NCBI GenBank assembly: GCA_964019425.1
Contig: OZ025805.1
Location: 558,001 to 622,000 of the forward strand
Reading direction: 5' to 3'
Length of the DNA stretch: 64,000 bases
From: Flectonema sp. DT1601
Taxonomy: Eukaryota
Shown here piece by piece: positions 9,772-22,200 of this stretch. The translations under genes were made by a program, and so were the position numbers. Each line of letters starts with the position of its first letter. Position 1 is the first letter of the stretch. The notes under the pieces were generated by a model that saw only the letters and a list, made by a program, of their open reading frames with translations, was not told where the DNA came from and did no database searches.

Positions 9772-12700
9772 CTATTCATTCTTCTGTTTTGATATGGTTG
9801 ATGAAGAAGGAAGTAAAGGAGCAGGGCTAGAAACTAAAGTAACGTCAGCATCAAATGTTGAAAACTGAGTTTCTTCTTCTTCCCTACTACCAGAAAACGT
9901 AAAAGCAAGAGGATTAACCAACTTAACAGAACCTTCCCTAATGGGTGGGTCGGGACCTGCCACAAGGAAAGGAGGTGGTGTTGTTCTGTCCTCAATGGAA
10001 GACCAGGAAATGTTATTATCAGAAAACCAAATAAAGTCTTTCACTTCTGAAGCTCTGCATGGTCGATTACTTTTCGATAAAAGTGATGAAATAAACTTCT
10101 GCAGACTTGGTGAGCACTCCGGGTCAAAACGAGGAGCTCCTCGCAATACCAAGTTAGCCGTGACTGCACGAGAGCTTCCATCAAATGCTCTTCTGTTGTG
10201 AATCATTTCATATAAAACACAACCTAATGACCAATAGTCTGAACTAGGTGATGGTTGAGTAAACTTTAACACTTCTGGTGAAGCATAACTTACTTTGTTT
10301 TCATCAGGTAAAGCAACCGGCAGTCCTGGATCCGCAAGCATTAGATGACCTGATTGACTAAATAATAAGTCAGTTGGAGCTAAGTTACGAAACACAATCA
10401 GATTCGCATGCAAGTGATCCAATCCAAGAACTGCTTCTGCAGTCCAGAAGGCAGCGTCTTGTTCGCTGAATTTACCAGACATTTCTAAATGGTATACTAA
10501 GTTACCTCCTGTTTGATAAGGAACTACCCAACAGATTTCTTCATCAGTTTCGAATGGGCAACTGACTCGAACTAAGAAATCAGATTTTAGTTTAGAAAGA
10601 ATTATTATCTCCGTTGCGATATTTCTTCGTTGAGAAGCTGTGAGTAGCTTCTTATCAACCAACGACAAGAGAAGGTGTTCAGAACCTCCTCGGAGATTAC
10701 AATGTCGTAGTTTACCATACGAAGTTGGCATCGCATCACCAAAGAAGTCGTAGTCTTGAATTCGATTAATCTTTGGAAGGAGTGCTTGTGCATCACCAGA
10801 AACAGTGAGTGATGTTCCGTTTATCGATTCCAAAATCTTTTGCATCCAATTTTCCGCTTCGCCTTCTTTCTCGCAAGCAAACGCGATTACTTTTCCCTTT
10901 TTACCATTGTCTTTACATATTGCAAAGCCTTCTTCACCTAAAGGTATTCCCTTTGCTTCATAAAGTGGTACGATATCGCTGTGTTTGGTAGAGTATTCAC
11001 TACTTTGGAGTCCATCACTTCCCTTCTTGTAGATAAGTAGAAGAGATCCTCGCAGTTCACACCAAACTCGTTCTCCGAAGTCTTTTGTTTTCTGGAGGAC
11101 AATTTCCGCATTGTCAGAGAGCTTACCTTTGTGATATATCGTGACTGATCCTACAGCTTTCGGCAGACATGCAAAATCTGCGTTTTCGTCATCTGCAGCC
11201 GCCTGTTCAGACAGTGCAGGATCGTATCTATTTCTTGTTATTAAAAAGACTATTCCAGTCCACAGAGCTGTAGCTGTGACTACGATCGCCAGCGATATTA
11301 ACATTCCAGTCGTAAGTGATTCGTTGATAACAAAAGATGCTATTGCTAAACAGAAAAATAAATGACTCAGAGTGACTGCAAGGTTTGTTCCAGATGACTT
11401 GTAAGGTTTTTGTCTGATTAAATACACGAGGTAGATAACACTTATGAAGACGATGATACAGATTCGAGGTTCACAACCAGAGTCACTGACTGATGAAATT
11501 ACAGAAAGGATTACAATTCTATAAAACGATATGATCGGATAATAAGTAACACTTCTCGGTAGTAATTCGTCAAATACTAATGCGTACTTTCTCATGAACA
11601 GTCTGTCACGAAGGTGTCGACAACACCAATGTCCCGTTGGAAGCCACACAAGTAACCAACTAGGCATCACATGTTTACGACGTGGTGACGATATAGCACA
11701 CGTTGCATTAGTGAAACTGTTTCCCATATTAATTTCTAAATACTCAATGTAGTAATTCCTACCTGTGTCAGTGTTCAGTTTTTTCTTCAGAAACCAATAC
11801 AAGAATGCTCCATAACCGAATATGTTTACAACAGCCCAGATACCCCCCACAATTACTATCACAGTTACTCCTTCAGCTGCAGCTTTTAAGAATCCAGCCG
11901 TTAGTGGAACTGTTCCGATATACAACAGAAGAATTAATAAGTTTGGAAAGAAAACTTGTCCAGCAACGTCTCGTAGCCTTCTGTAAGCAGTTGGTGTGAT
12001 AAACCAATTCACGACAACAATAAGAAGTACAAACACAGTTATTCCTGAGTGTAAAATTAGTGTTCCCAGAAAGTAGTTTGTATACTTGTGATCAGTCGCG
12101 AGTATTTGAAGTGGGAATACTACCGCACGGAGGCTAAGCAGACTAGAGTGAGCTGAAGGTTTAGTACAGCTATTGGAACCAGTGATGTAAAGTAATTGTA
12201 AGAACGTCAATGAATGAATTGGAGCAACTAGTGATCCTCCCAAAGCCACTTCCAATGCCACAGATGCAACAACAGAACTCCCCGCCACAGCACCTGTGAT
12301 CGCACTGTCTTGAACTACATCACAATGAATTCCTTCATAACCAGTATCACATAAACACATAGGTCCTTGAATACACTTACCCTGTACACAGAGAGGACAG
12401 ACTTTACAAAACCCTTCACTGTCGATATTGTAATTATGAATACAACCACTGCAGTCAGATAGAATTGGATTCTCACATTCCATTTGAATGTTAACAACAA
12501 AACCTGTTTCATTAGAACTCCCTTGTAACTCTGGTTGGATTCCTGACATAAATCCAGAACTTGATAAGGAACTGAGTCGAACAGTCAAAGTTTCCGTAGA
12601 ATTCCAACTCGCTGTCAATTGCGGTACCGGAGGCAATGAAAACTGCGCTACTTTTGTTGATATTTTCATCCAGGTTTGAAAACGGATTTCACTGTTGTAG

Positions 12701-13749
12701 AAGTCAGCCAACCAATCCAACGAAGACTCGATTATTGGAGGAGGGACTTGATCAACGTACAGGTCTTCTGAGCACAATGACATTTCTATTATTGTTGCGT
12801 TTCTTTTTATTAGTGACACGGTTGTTGTGGTTGGTCCCAACCAAGCATTCTCACTTGAGTGTTTTATACTCAGAGATGCAATTCCAACTGAAGGAACGAC
12901 AGTAAATGTTGTGGAAATGAACTCATCAGAAGGAGGTACCAGAACCGAAGCATCAACTCGAAGTGTAATTATTTCATTTCTAAAGATATCGTAGTGACTG
13001 AGGTCAGGACAGTTGTTTATCAAGGCTGCTGGTGCTACACTCGTAGAAGAAAGAGAACCTAACTTAATAAATAACGTCGTGTTTGGGTTGCTTCCTCCGA
13101 TCTGTACAATATTACCAGTTGAGCTCCTGGACAGTAGTGATGCCAGAGTTGGGTTAGTATTGGATTCGAGTACCAGCCATCCAACAGAAAGAAGTGAAAC
13201 ATTCACTGATCTGCTAACAATTATTTGAAGTCTGGAGTCCTGTTGAATTAATGACTTCTCAGTTACGACATTACTGACTGATGTTATCTGTGCGCAGATC
13301 GCTGATGATCTTTGTGGGAATTGAATGGGTTGAAGACCCAAAGTAGAACATTCAAGATTCGAAGTAGTATCGCAATTCGTGTGTAAGAAGAGCCTACCAG
13401 AATTCTGATTGTGAAAGTCACTTATTTTTAATGATATTTTCAACTTCGTCGTCAAAGAGTATCCCTCAGGTGGGCAATCAGTCAGTTCATAGGAAGACTC
13501 CGCTGAACCATTAAAAGAAGAATCAAATACCCTCCAATCTGTACACGAAGAATTATAATCCCTATCATCGCACTGGTTACTTGCTGAAAACTTTCCTGAC
13601 ACTCCCACTGATATAAATCCACCACCAGGTGGAGGTACTAATTCCAATGTCAACCAACTACAAGACGCCCATTCAATATTATTAACACCGACTTCACACA
13701 CCGCTGCAGAAGTCACTACTACCCATGCTAATTGTAGCAACACATTCAT
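9772..13749 (-). CDS. Receptor-like multi-pass membrane protein with EGF-like, PH and AGC-like (pseudo)kinase domains
   Basis: Signal peptide; EGF-like CVQGKC..CLCDTGYEGIHC; about 7-9 hydrophobic segments; PH-like WCELRGSLLLIYK...EAENWMQKI; kinase subdomains GGNL, YASPE, DYWSLGCVLYEM; AGC-like tail (TPPPF...FSTFD). Confidence 0.85.
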   Translation of the reverse strand: MNVLLQLAWVVVTSAAVCEVGVNNIEWASCSWLTLELVPPPGGGFISVGVSGKFSASNQCDDRDYNSSCTDWRVFDSSFNGSAESSYELTDCPPEGYSLTTKLKISLKISDFHNQNSGRLFLHTNCDTTSNLECSTLGLQPIQFPQRSSAICAQITSVSNVVTEKSLIQQDSRLQIIVSRSVNVSLLSVGWLVLESNTNPTLASLLSRSSTGNIVQIGGSNPNTTLFIKLGSLSSTSVAPAALINNCPDLSHYDIFRNEIITLRVDASVLVPPSDEFISTTFTVVPSVGIASLSIKHSSENAWLGPTTTTVSLIKRNATIIEMSLCSEDLYVDQVPPPIIESSLDWLADFYNSEIRFQTWMKISTKVAQFSLPPVPQLTASWNSTETLTVRLSSLSSSGFMSGIQPELQGSSNETGFVVNIQMECENPILSDCSGCIHNYNIDSEGFCKVCPLCVQGKCIQGPMCLCDTGYEGIHCDVVQDSAITGAVAGSSVVASVALEVALGGSLVAPIHSLTFLQLLYITGSNSCTKPSAHSSLLSLRAVVFPLQILATDHKYTNYFLGTLILHSGITVFVLLIVVVNWFITPTAYRRLRDVAGQVFFPNLLILLLYIGTVPLTAGFLKAAAEGVTVIVIVGGIWAVVNIFGYGAFLYWFLKKKLNTDTGRNYYIEYLEINMGNSFTNATCAISSPRRKHVMPSWLLVWLPTGHWCCRHLRDRLFMRKYALVFDELLPRSVTYYPIISFYRIVILSVISSVSDSGCEPRICIIVFISVIYLVYLIRQKPYKSSGTNLAVTLSHLFFCLAIASFVINESLTTGMLISLAIVVTATALWTGIVFLITRNRYDPALSEQAAADDENADFACLPKAVGSVTIYHKGKLSDNAEIVLQKTKDFGERVWCELRGSLLLIYKKGSDGLQSSEYSTKHSDIVPLYEAKGIPLGEEGFAICKDNGKKGKVIAFACEKEGEAENWMQKILESINGTSLTVSGDAQALLPKINRIQDYDFFGDAMPTSYGKLRHCNLRGGSEHLLLSLVDKKLLTASQRRNIATEIIILSKLKSDFLVRVSCPFETDEEICWVVPYQTGGNLVYHLEMSGKFSEQDAAFWTAEAVLGLDHLHANLIVFRNLAPTDLLFSQSGHLMLADPGLPVALPDENKVSYASPEVLKFTQPSPSSDYWSLGCVLYEMIHNRRAFDGSSRAVTANLVLRGAPRFDPECSPSLQKFISSLLSKSNRPCRASEVKDFIWFSDNNISWSSIEDRTTPPPFLVAGPDPPIREGSVKLVNPLAFTFSGSREEEETQFSTFDADVTLVSSPAPLLPSSSTISKQKNE

Positions 13750-14135
13750 TGTTGTTAATCAGTGCGGCATTTGAAAGGGATCACTACCTGTCTGAAATAT
13801 TATTTATAATTTGAAGAAGAAGAAAAAAAAAAACATAATTTATGAACACCTCAATTGTATTGTTCATAATAGGAGGATATAAAATAAGATTTTTCCGGAT
13901 CAGCTCACAATCCTAACAAAAGTAGTTGCGATGTGTAAACAGGCCAACGTGTCAGTAATTCCAAGAACAGAATAAAAAGATTTCCTCGTTTTTTTTTTTT
14001 TTTTCGAGAAAACGCAAAAAAAAAAAGAATACAAACAGCAGCGATACCACAATTCATAAAAACAGACGAACAGCGAAAGGTTGGTACCAACACGACGAAA
14101 GTGAGGAGGAAGAGGATAATTTGATAATCAAGTTG

Positions 14136-15470
14136 CTACCTTGTGAGTATCAAACCTTGAAATCGTACTTCCAGTGGAACACCAGAAGCAGCAAACAACG
14201 CCGCTAGAAAGGAGTCGTACGTCCAAGATGGGTTTGATGAATCGATTTCTAATTTCATATTATCAGAAAACGAATCGACAATCGATTCCCATCGTGGGAT
14301 TTGATCTTTCTCAATTGAGGGAGAAATCAATTTAAAGAGATCATCTGAAGGGATTCGAACTACCGAAGTATTAAAAAGGTTTAATTTGTCAAACATTACT
14401 CGAAGTGTCGATTGAGTGGTCGCAGAAGTTGTCAGCAGAGCAACAAAAGAAACCAACTCAACGAATGATATTTTATTATCGCGACTGCTATCCAAAGACA
14501 TGTAAAGTTTTTCCAAAAGAAGAGGATCATCTCCAACTGTTTTCTGAAATGCCGTGGGATCTCTTTTTTCAACTTCCTTATGCAGACTAATCCAAGCAGC
14601 TGGAGTCATCGAATACTTCACATCCCCAGCAAACTTCGTATAAAGTGACTGCACTTCTGATGGAGTAAATGACGCCCATAATTTGCTGTAAGGCGTGTCG
14701 CGCAATGGATTAATACATTTCGCTCTTGTTCTATTAAAGCGCATCGTTACTTTTGATAATCCGGCCACAGCATGTTGACAGCGAGCTTCATAGTTCGCAA
14801 CGTCTATACTCTTAACGTGTTTTTCAGCAAAACTCTCTAATGCTGTTCTGCACTCATCAGCTTGACGTTGTTGTTGGGCGTTGTGAAGTTGGACAGCTTG
14901 TCGGGTTTGTAATAAGGATCCTTGAGTCTTCTTTTTTTTTAAATGAAGATCAAGATTGTAATATTGCAATCCCCAGTCACCATGTTCTGGAATAAGTTTC
15001 TTACGAAACCTTTGATTCGTGTCGTCATCAGGTGACGCAGATCTAGTCACGGCTGTTGTACTAAAACGCTTTGGTATATTCCTCACCGTAGGAATAGTGA
15101 CAGGTAGAGGTGCTACAGGTGGTTCCGGAAGAGACTTTCGTCGAGTCCTTGCAACCCAACTATCGTTAACTTTGTAGAATATTTTTGGTAACTTTCTTTC
15201 ACTTATCACAACATCGTATTGCGGTTTCTTACTCGATCTTAAAGCGAAGGACTCCGCTACCAACCTGCTAACGTGATTCTTTACTCTCATTTGTTCATGA
15301 AGTTGTAAAAGAACAGATGCCGGGGTTACCTTCTTCCCAATGAGACATCCGTCAGCAATACCTGTTCCCTTTTGATGTTCGAAGTCAATTATCTTTATGC
15401 AGGACTTGCGCTCTTCATGCACAGCGAGAGACTTCGCCACGCGAACTGATGCTAAAAGTGAAACCGGCAT
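14136..15470 (-). CDS. Hypothetical protein with C-terminal EF-hand-like motif
   Basis: 444-aa ORF containing LDSSRDNKISFVEL, which fits an EF-hand loop. Confidence 0.7.
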   Translation of the reverse strand: MPVSLLASVRVAKSLAVHEERKSCIKIIDFEHQKGTGIADGCLIGKKVTPASVLLQLHEQMRVKNHVSRLVAESFALRSSKKPQYDVVISERKLPKIFYKVNDSWVARTRRKSLPEPPVAPLPVTIPTVRNIPKRFSTTAVTRSASPDDDTNQRFRKKLIPEHGDWGLQYYNLDLHLKKKKTQGSLLQTRQAVQLHNAQQQRQADECRTALESFAEKHVKSIDVANYEARCQHAVAGLSKVTMRFNRTRAKCINPLRDTPYSKLWASFTPSEVQSLYTKFAGDVKYSMTPAAWISLHKEVEKRDPTAFQKTVGDDPLLLEKLYMSLDSSRDNKISFVELVSFVALLTTSATTQSTLRVMFDKLNLFNTSVVRIPSDDLFKLISPSIEKDQIPRWESIVDSFSDNMKLEIDSSNPSWTYDSFLAALFAASGVPLEVRFQGLILTR

Positions 15471-15822
15471 TTTTTTGTATTGAGTTAAGGGAAAACTGAG
15501 AGTATATTGTTACGGTAGTAATCTCATCTATCTGTTAATTGTGTGGTTGGCGACGTTTATTTTTTACTTTACCTGTCTGACAAGAACGAATAAAAAAAAA
15601 AAAAAAATTCCAAAAAAAAAACAAACAAACAAACTAACTAACAGTACATTCTAAACCTTTATCGCGTTGTTAAACAACTGCTCTGATCTAACTGACGTCT
15701 GACACATCCGTTTTTGGTGAAAATTGATAAAAGGACGATGATTGTTGTTAAGTATTGCATCCTTAAGGATCTCTTTCTTTATAAATATCGTAATCAGAGA
15801 GAGAGTTAGATCGATGTTAGGG

Positions 15823-15855
<33 letters not shown>

Positions 15856-18800
15856 TTCTCTTTTTAGGTCAAATCTCGGTAAGACATTAAATACCACCTT
15901 GAGAGCAAAACACACCGAGTATCAATTTTTTTGGGTTTTTTTTCTTACTGAAAATTAAAAAAAATGGGAAGACTTTTGCGGATGCCAACACAAGAATGAA
16001 AAAAAAAGAAATAAATAGGAAAGTATGTGGTAGGGTTATTTTTTTTTTCTTTTTTTTTTTGAGAAAATTAAAAATGGGAAGAAAGTACACCGTCGTCTAT
16101 ACTTGTGCTCGCAACAAAAACAAGTGTTTTTTTTTTTTTTTTTTTTCCATTCTATTCTTTTTTCCTGCCCTGAGAGAATGAATGCATCGGGCAATCAATC
16201 CTGAAATAGGAGATTAACCACTTACGGACAACTACCTTTTCTTAAGAAAAGAGGGGGCTGGATTCAGAAACGCGGTTCACCACACAAAACATGACTTCTT
16301 CGCTTCTGTAACAAAACAGCAGTGTGTGCTGCAACCCCGTGGGGGGTTGAATTGCTTGAATACATTTTAGGAAAAAAAAAAATATCTGTATTGGACCAGA
16401 GTATTCTAAAATAAAACGTTAATTCTGTATACAGTTGACCTAAAGTTAATGTTAGTAAAGGTAATCACTGCAATCGGGAGGTTATCTGTTTGAACGTGTC
16501 GTATCATAAACAACATATATTTGATCCAGTTTGACTAAAGGAAATGTTAGTGTAGACAAACACTGCTATTGACGCAAATACTTCGGAAGAGGGGGTAGTG
16601 ATAGATTGATAATGTAGAAAACAGTAATAAAAGGTTAAAACTGAAAGAAATGAACAGAAGATAAAGCTTTTCATGGGAAAAAAAAAAAAAAAAAAAAAAA
16701 AAAGGAAAAAAAAAGTTAGACTACGTAATACACGTACATATCTAAAATAATATTAGTATTTAGTATAAGTATCCAGAAGATGATTGCTGAATCTGGAGGT
16801 GCAATCGGGGAGGTAGTTAAAAAACCATATCATCGAACAACACCACAATTGATTTTAATGTTTTGGTTTGTGCGTGAAACACTAAACCGACACAGAAAGC
16901 TCCCATCAGATTTACGCGTAGCTAACATTCTTCATGGCTCTTCCAATACTTGTCAAATACAAAAAAAAAAAAGAAACGGGAAATAAATAAATAAATAACA
17001 ACAGCCTGGTAAACACTGTTAGTCAAAGAACATGAAGTCATTGGGTGTTAAATATTTAATGAAAACAGGAGAGGGAAAAAAAAAAAAAAATAATAATAAT
17101 AATAATGTAATAATCGAGTGGTATAAAGTAGATATATTCATAAAAAGATATATCTATGAGCGCACATATTGTGATGAAAAAAAAAAAAAACAACAACAAC
17201 AACAACAACAACAACAGTCCAGCTCTTTTCACCGTACACAATAGTTTCCTGAACGACCCATGAATTGAAGATCAAGAAACAAAAACAAAAAAAATAAATT
17301 GCTCAAATAAGCAGATCAAGGAGCTAGAGCTTGGCAGCAAGTGGCAACATTCTATCGGACATCCAAAACATCATTTGATCTCTTGGGATTCCTTTATTTT
17401 CTTTTTTATTTTTCTTTTTTTCTTTTTAACTTGATTAGGTCATCATTATCAATAAGACAGACCTCTACTTTTGATTTAAATTCGGAGTTGGGATAGAATG
17501 GAAAAAAAAAAAAAAAAAAAAAACGATGAAAACGATGAAAACGACTAGACAGATAATAAAAAAAAAAGTTCGGCACAAAAAACTTCAGACATGCTTCAGA
17601 ATAGTTGGCGATGCATACTGTTATATTTTAAGGGGGAAAAAAAATATAAAAAGGTAGTTGAAGGAAGAGAAAAGCTCGATCACAATTGCACCATCAAAAA
17701 ACAACAAATAACAACAAAAAAAAACCTATTTCTTGATTATTAATGTTAGTTAGAATGTGAGTTTATTACGTGAGAGTGCGCCAAATCAAAAAAAAAAAAA
17801 AAAAAAATTCATAAAAACACATTGTTCTGCTGTTCCACAAAACGTAGTTTCTGGGCCTTAATCTTATACTACTCAAGTCTCTCAGTGTTAGTTTTTTGAG
17901 AGTCCTCCTCCTCAATGTTAGTTAGCCAGTCGAATGTACGAATTGGTGGAGTGCAGCTGAATCAAAAAAAAAAAAAAAAACACAACAAGAAAATCTAATT
18001 TAATTTAAAAAAAAAAAGTTATTAATTCGAGGCTAGGGATTAAAAAAAATATTCGGAGAACTCTCACTTCAAGCGACAACTCGTGAAGTACACCTGCGGC
18101 ACGGTGTTCCTTAATGAGATTACTGCTGGAAGAGAAAGTATTTTGACAGCATCTTAGTTTTTTTTTTTTTTCCTTTTTTTCTTTTTGCAAACCTTCTTAG
18201 TCATCAGTACAACGATCACTTTTGCGAGAACTTTTTTATTAAAAACAGACTACGTGAATAGCTAACACACATCATTATTATTATTTTTTTTTTTTTGAAT
18301 AAATAAAAGAAACGGTAACGATGTAGACAAGACGGTACATTTTGATCAGAAGAAGAAGAAGAAGAATCGTGGAAATAACATTTTAAAATAAACTGAGAGA
18401 AGCGAGGCACTCTCAAGCACCTCAAAAACAGCAGCGCAGATAGAACAACCTCATAATGTTAATGGAAATCCAAAGGCGGGCTCGATCAAAACACTTTTGC
18501 TTGCTTGTTTGTTTTTTTTTTTTTTTTTCTACTCAGAAAACAGTCTATCGATCTTGAAATGTTAACAATAAATAAGGGAGTCGGTTTGGGAAATGGGGAG
18601 GACAGTGTAGCTAAAAATTAACGGGAAAGAAGAAAGGGGGGAAGGGGGTAAATTGATACCATAAAGCAACTTGAAACCGGCTAAAATTAATTTTAGGTTC
18701 AACCAAAACCTGCAGTGCAATTGAAAAGATGGATGAAATCTCAACATGCTGCATACGTACTACAGGTTGAGAGTCCAATGCCCCGTAGTCCGTTACAGCT

Positions 18801-19233
18801 TAAAATTAGTTATATCTTCACGGGTTCAACTTAATAATAATGTGATACCTTGGACCGGGAAAACGGGAAAATAAAAATAGAAGAAAAAATAAAAACAAAT
18901 ACGAGTGCTAGGGATGTTAGTGTGTTGGAGGTCGTCAGAGGAAAGCTGAACGATAAGAAAAAGTCCACCTGGACAAGTGTTACACGCAATTATTGACAAT
19001 CGTTGTAATCACAATTCCAAAGAAAGAGGATTCATATTCTGCTGTTTTTTTCCCAAAACGGTTTTTTTCTACTCAGTTAGTTTGTAGACTTCTCGATAAT
19101 TGATATCAGCCAACGAGACAACAGGTCAAATCATGTTTATAATTAATGAGGTTCTTTTTTTCCTTTTTTCCTTTTTTTTTTTTTTTTTTTTCTCCCCCCT
19201 CACTGAAAATAGCGAAAAGAGAGCACAACTGCT

Positions 19234-22200
19234 CTACTCTTGTTCAGCTTGAGAAAGCATCTGAAGGTAGGCTTGTGTCGGATCATCAGCGTTGGCGATG
19301 TTTTTGAGACGTTTTTGTTCATCCGCAGGCAGAGACATGTAAATATTAGAATAAAAGAATCCCTCTGAATTGATAAGTTCCTTTGGACTATCCTGTTCAA
19401 CTACAGTACCACAGTGATCAACTCTTCCTAAGACAACTAACTGGTCGGAATCGATAATTGTTTGAAGTCTGTGTGCAATAGTGATGACTGTGTGAGAAGT
19501 AAATGCCTCTCTGATAGTCTTTTGAATTAAAGTATCAGTTTCCAAATCAATATTAGCAGTCGCCTCATCGATAAGCAGAAGTTTTGTTCCCTTCTTGAGA
19601 AGTGCTCTTGCCAAGCAAAGAAGCTGACGCTCACCGAGAGAGAAATTAGCAGCTTTTTCAGTGACCTCTCCAGAGAGACGACCATCGTGTTTTTCAATTC
19701 TGTCTTTCATGTTTACTTTAGTAACGGCATCCCATACTTCTTCGTCAGTCGACAGGTCGAATGGATCTAAATTTCTTCTAACAGTTCCTCTAAACAGAAC
19801 TGGGTCTTGAGGAACCATTGAGATACGTCTACGGAGGTCAGACATAGCGATAGTTGATGTGTCTTTTCCATTAATTCTGACAGCTCCACCGGCGATTTCA
19901 ACAAGTCTGAATATGGCAGTCATGATTGTACTTTTACCAACACCAGTTCCTCCAACAATTCCAATCCTCTGTCCAGCTTTAGCTTTAAATGATAAATCTT
20001 TTACAACAATTGGAAGTTCTGGTCGGTATCTTAAAGAGACGTTGTCGAATTCAATAGCGACGTCTTCTCCTGGCCATGATGAGTCTGGTTTCTCACCTGT
20101 TAGTTTCTCTTGTGGTACTTCATCCCATTGACCAGCAGTGTATTGTAAGATTCTCTCAACGCTATTAATTGATGCCTCAAGTGTGCTGTACATACTTGAC
20201 ATGATTGATAAATAGAATGGAAGTGATGTCGCGTACATAATCCCGAGAGCTTTTAGTGAAACAGATCCAGTTCCGTTACCTGATCTACACTTGTCGATGA
20301 CATTAACAGTGACGACAGACCCGACGATAATACATCCCATCAAACCAAGTCTAATAGCTAAGTATTGTGGTAATGCAATACTCGCAAAGGTACTCGTCAC
20401 ACTTTTATCGATTTGCTCAACATTTACTTTACAACTTCCATTCTGAAGACCATAAGCCCTGAGAGTTGTTATTCCGTTAATCGTTTCAGTGTAGTGAGCC
20501 AATACTGGTGTTCTGTTAATGCTGTCGATTCTCTTTGTTTCTCTTTGACTAGGAAGGTAGTAGTTAACAGTAAAGATATAAAACACTGATATTAATGCCA
20601 ACACGGCAATAACAATCGGTTGACTGGCAGCTTGGATAACGATGTTTCCAAGAGACATACAGGCGACGTATAAAAACCAAAACATGTTCGATGGAACAAC
20701 AGAATCCACTTGAAAAATGTCATCTGTAAACCTGTTTAGAATACGACCTGTTGGTGTGGTGTCAAAGAACGAAGTTGGAGCGGTTACTAAGTGTCTTAAC
20801 ATTCCGTCGTGCAGAGCAGTTGAACCTTTTCTAAATAAAGAATATCCATATTTAGTAACAAAGTAACAAGTAAATATCATTACTCCGATTATAGAGCTGT
20901 AAACTATAATAAAAAACTTATTATGAGTATATTGAGGAGCTAATGGAAAACGAGGTTCAGGTTCATGTGCCCAATACTGCAACCACAGGTCAGTCGCATT
21001 AAAGGCAAACTGGTTGAATGCCATCAGCATGAGAAGACCAATCCAGTAGACTACTCCTCCGCAATTTCTAATGTACGCGAGGTAGACTGCTGCTGTTACT
21101 TTTCCTGTTACTCTTTCTTCGTTTCTGATTAGCTGGTCGTCATCGTCCTTTTTGAGAGGGCTCGCCTTTGGTGTGTTCGCTTTGTCTTCAGCGACATCAT
21201 CTTCAAAGAATGAAATAGTTTCTGAATAATTAATTCTCATACTTCTTTGTAAGTATGATTTAGCCAACACTCTTGACCAATCACATGCAATCAATAGTTT
21301 AATAGAATTACCTCCTGGTGATGAGAGAATAGAACTTATCTTCGATAAAGCGTCTTCGAAATTGGTCAGGATCGATTTGTTTTTAATATCGGAATTCCAA
21401 ACAGCTGTAGTGTTGCTGTCAGTAAGAACGTTACTGAATCCTTCATCTGTGAGGTTGTTGTTGTAGTTCTTATTACAAACAGATAGGTTACTCGTCACAT
21501 TTATTAAGAATGATTGTTCCTGAGTCTGTGAAACTTCTTCTTTTTCAGATTCCTCGACATCAGCTTCGTCTGTTTCTTTTTCTGCCGCTAATATTTGTTG
21601 AAATTCAGATTCTTTGGATTTGAACTCTGAGTAGGTTCCGCTGAATTTTATTTCACCCTCACCAGAAGGAGACTTCTCGATTACGATAACGTTGTCTGCT
21701 TTGTCCAAGTATTGAACTTGATGAGTTGCGAGAACAATTGTCTTTCCTTTTAATACACCACAGATGCATTGTTCAACCATACGCCTCTGTGTTCCGGCAT
21801 CAAGTGCTGAGAGAGGGTCATCAAACAAGAAGAAATCGGTTCCCAAATAAACAGCTCTTGCTAATGAAACTCTCTGCTTCTGTCCCCCCGACAAGGTAAT
21901 TCCTCGTTCTCCGATCTCAGTTTGATCGCCTTGTTTGAAGTTCTTGAATTCCCTTCGTAGTTGACATACGTCAACACAAGCATTATACCAAATATCTTCT
22001 TTATCAGACTCCATGATGATGTTTCTCTCGACAGAAGCATTCTTTAGCCAGGCTTCTTGAGTTGCGTACACTGGTCTAGAAGTACAGTGAACGCTACCTT
22101 GAGCACAGTCAATGTTACCAAGCAGAGCATCAATAAAAGTAGTCTTACCACTTCCGGTTGGTCCAATTATCATCGTGAGCTTACCCTTTTCGATTGAAAC

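Noticed and set aside
15887..18747. Numerous 60-155 aa poly-K/poly-F ORFs here and at 43-50 kb and 58.7-62.7 kb
   Set aside because: They are translations of A/T homopolymer tracts with no domain signal.
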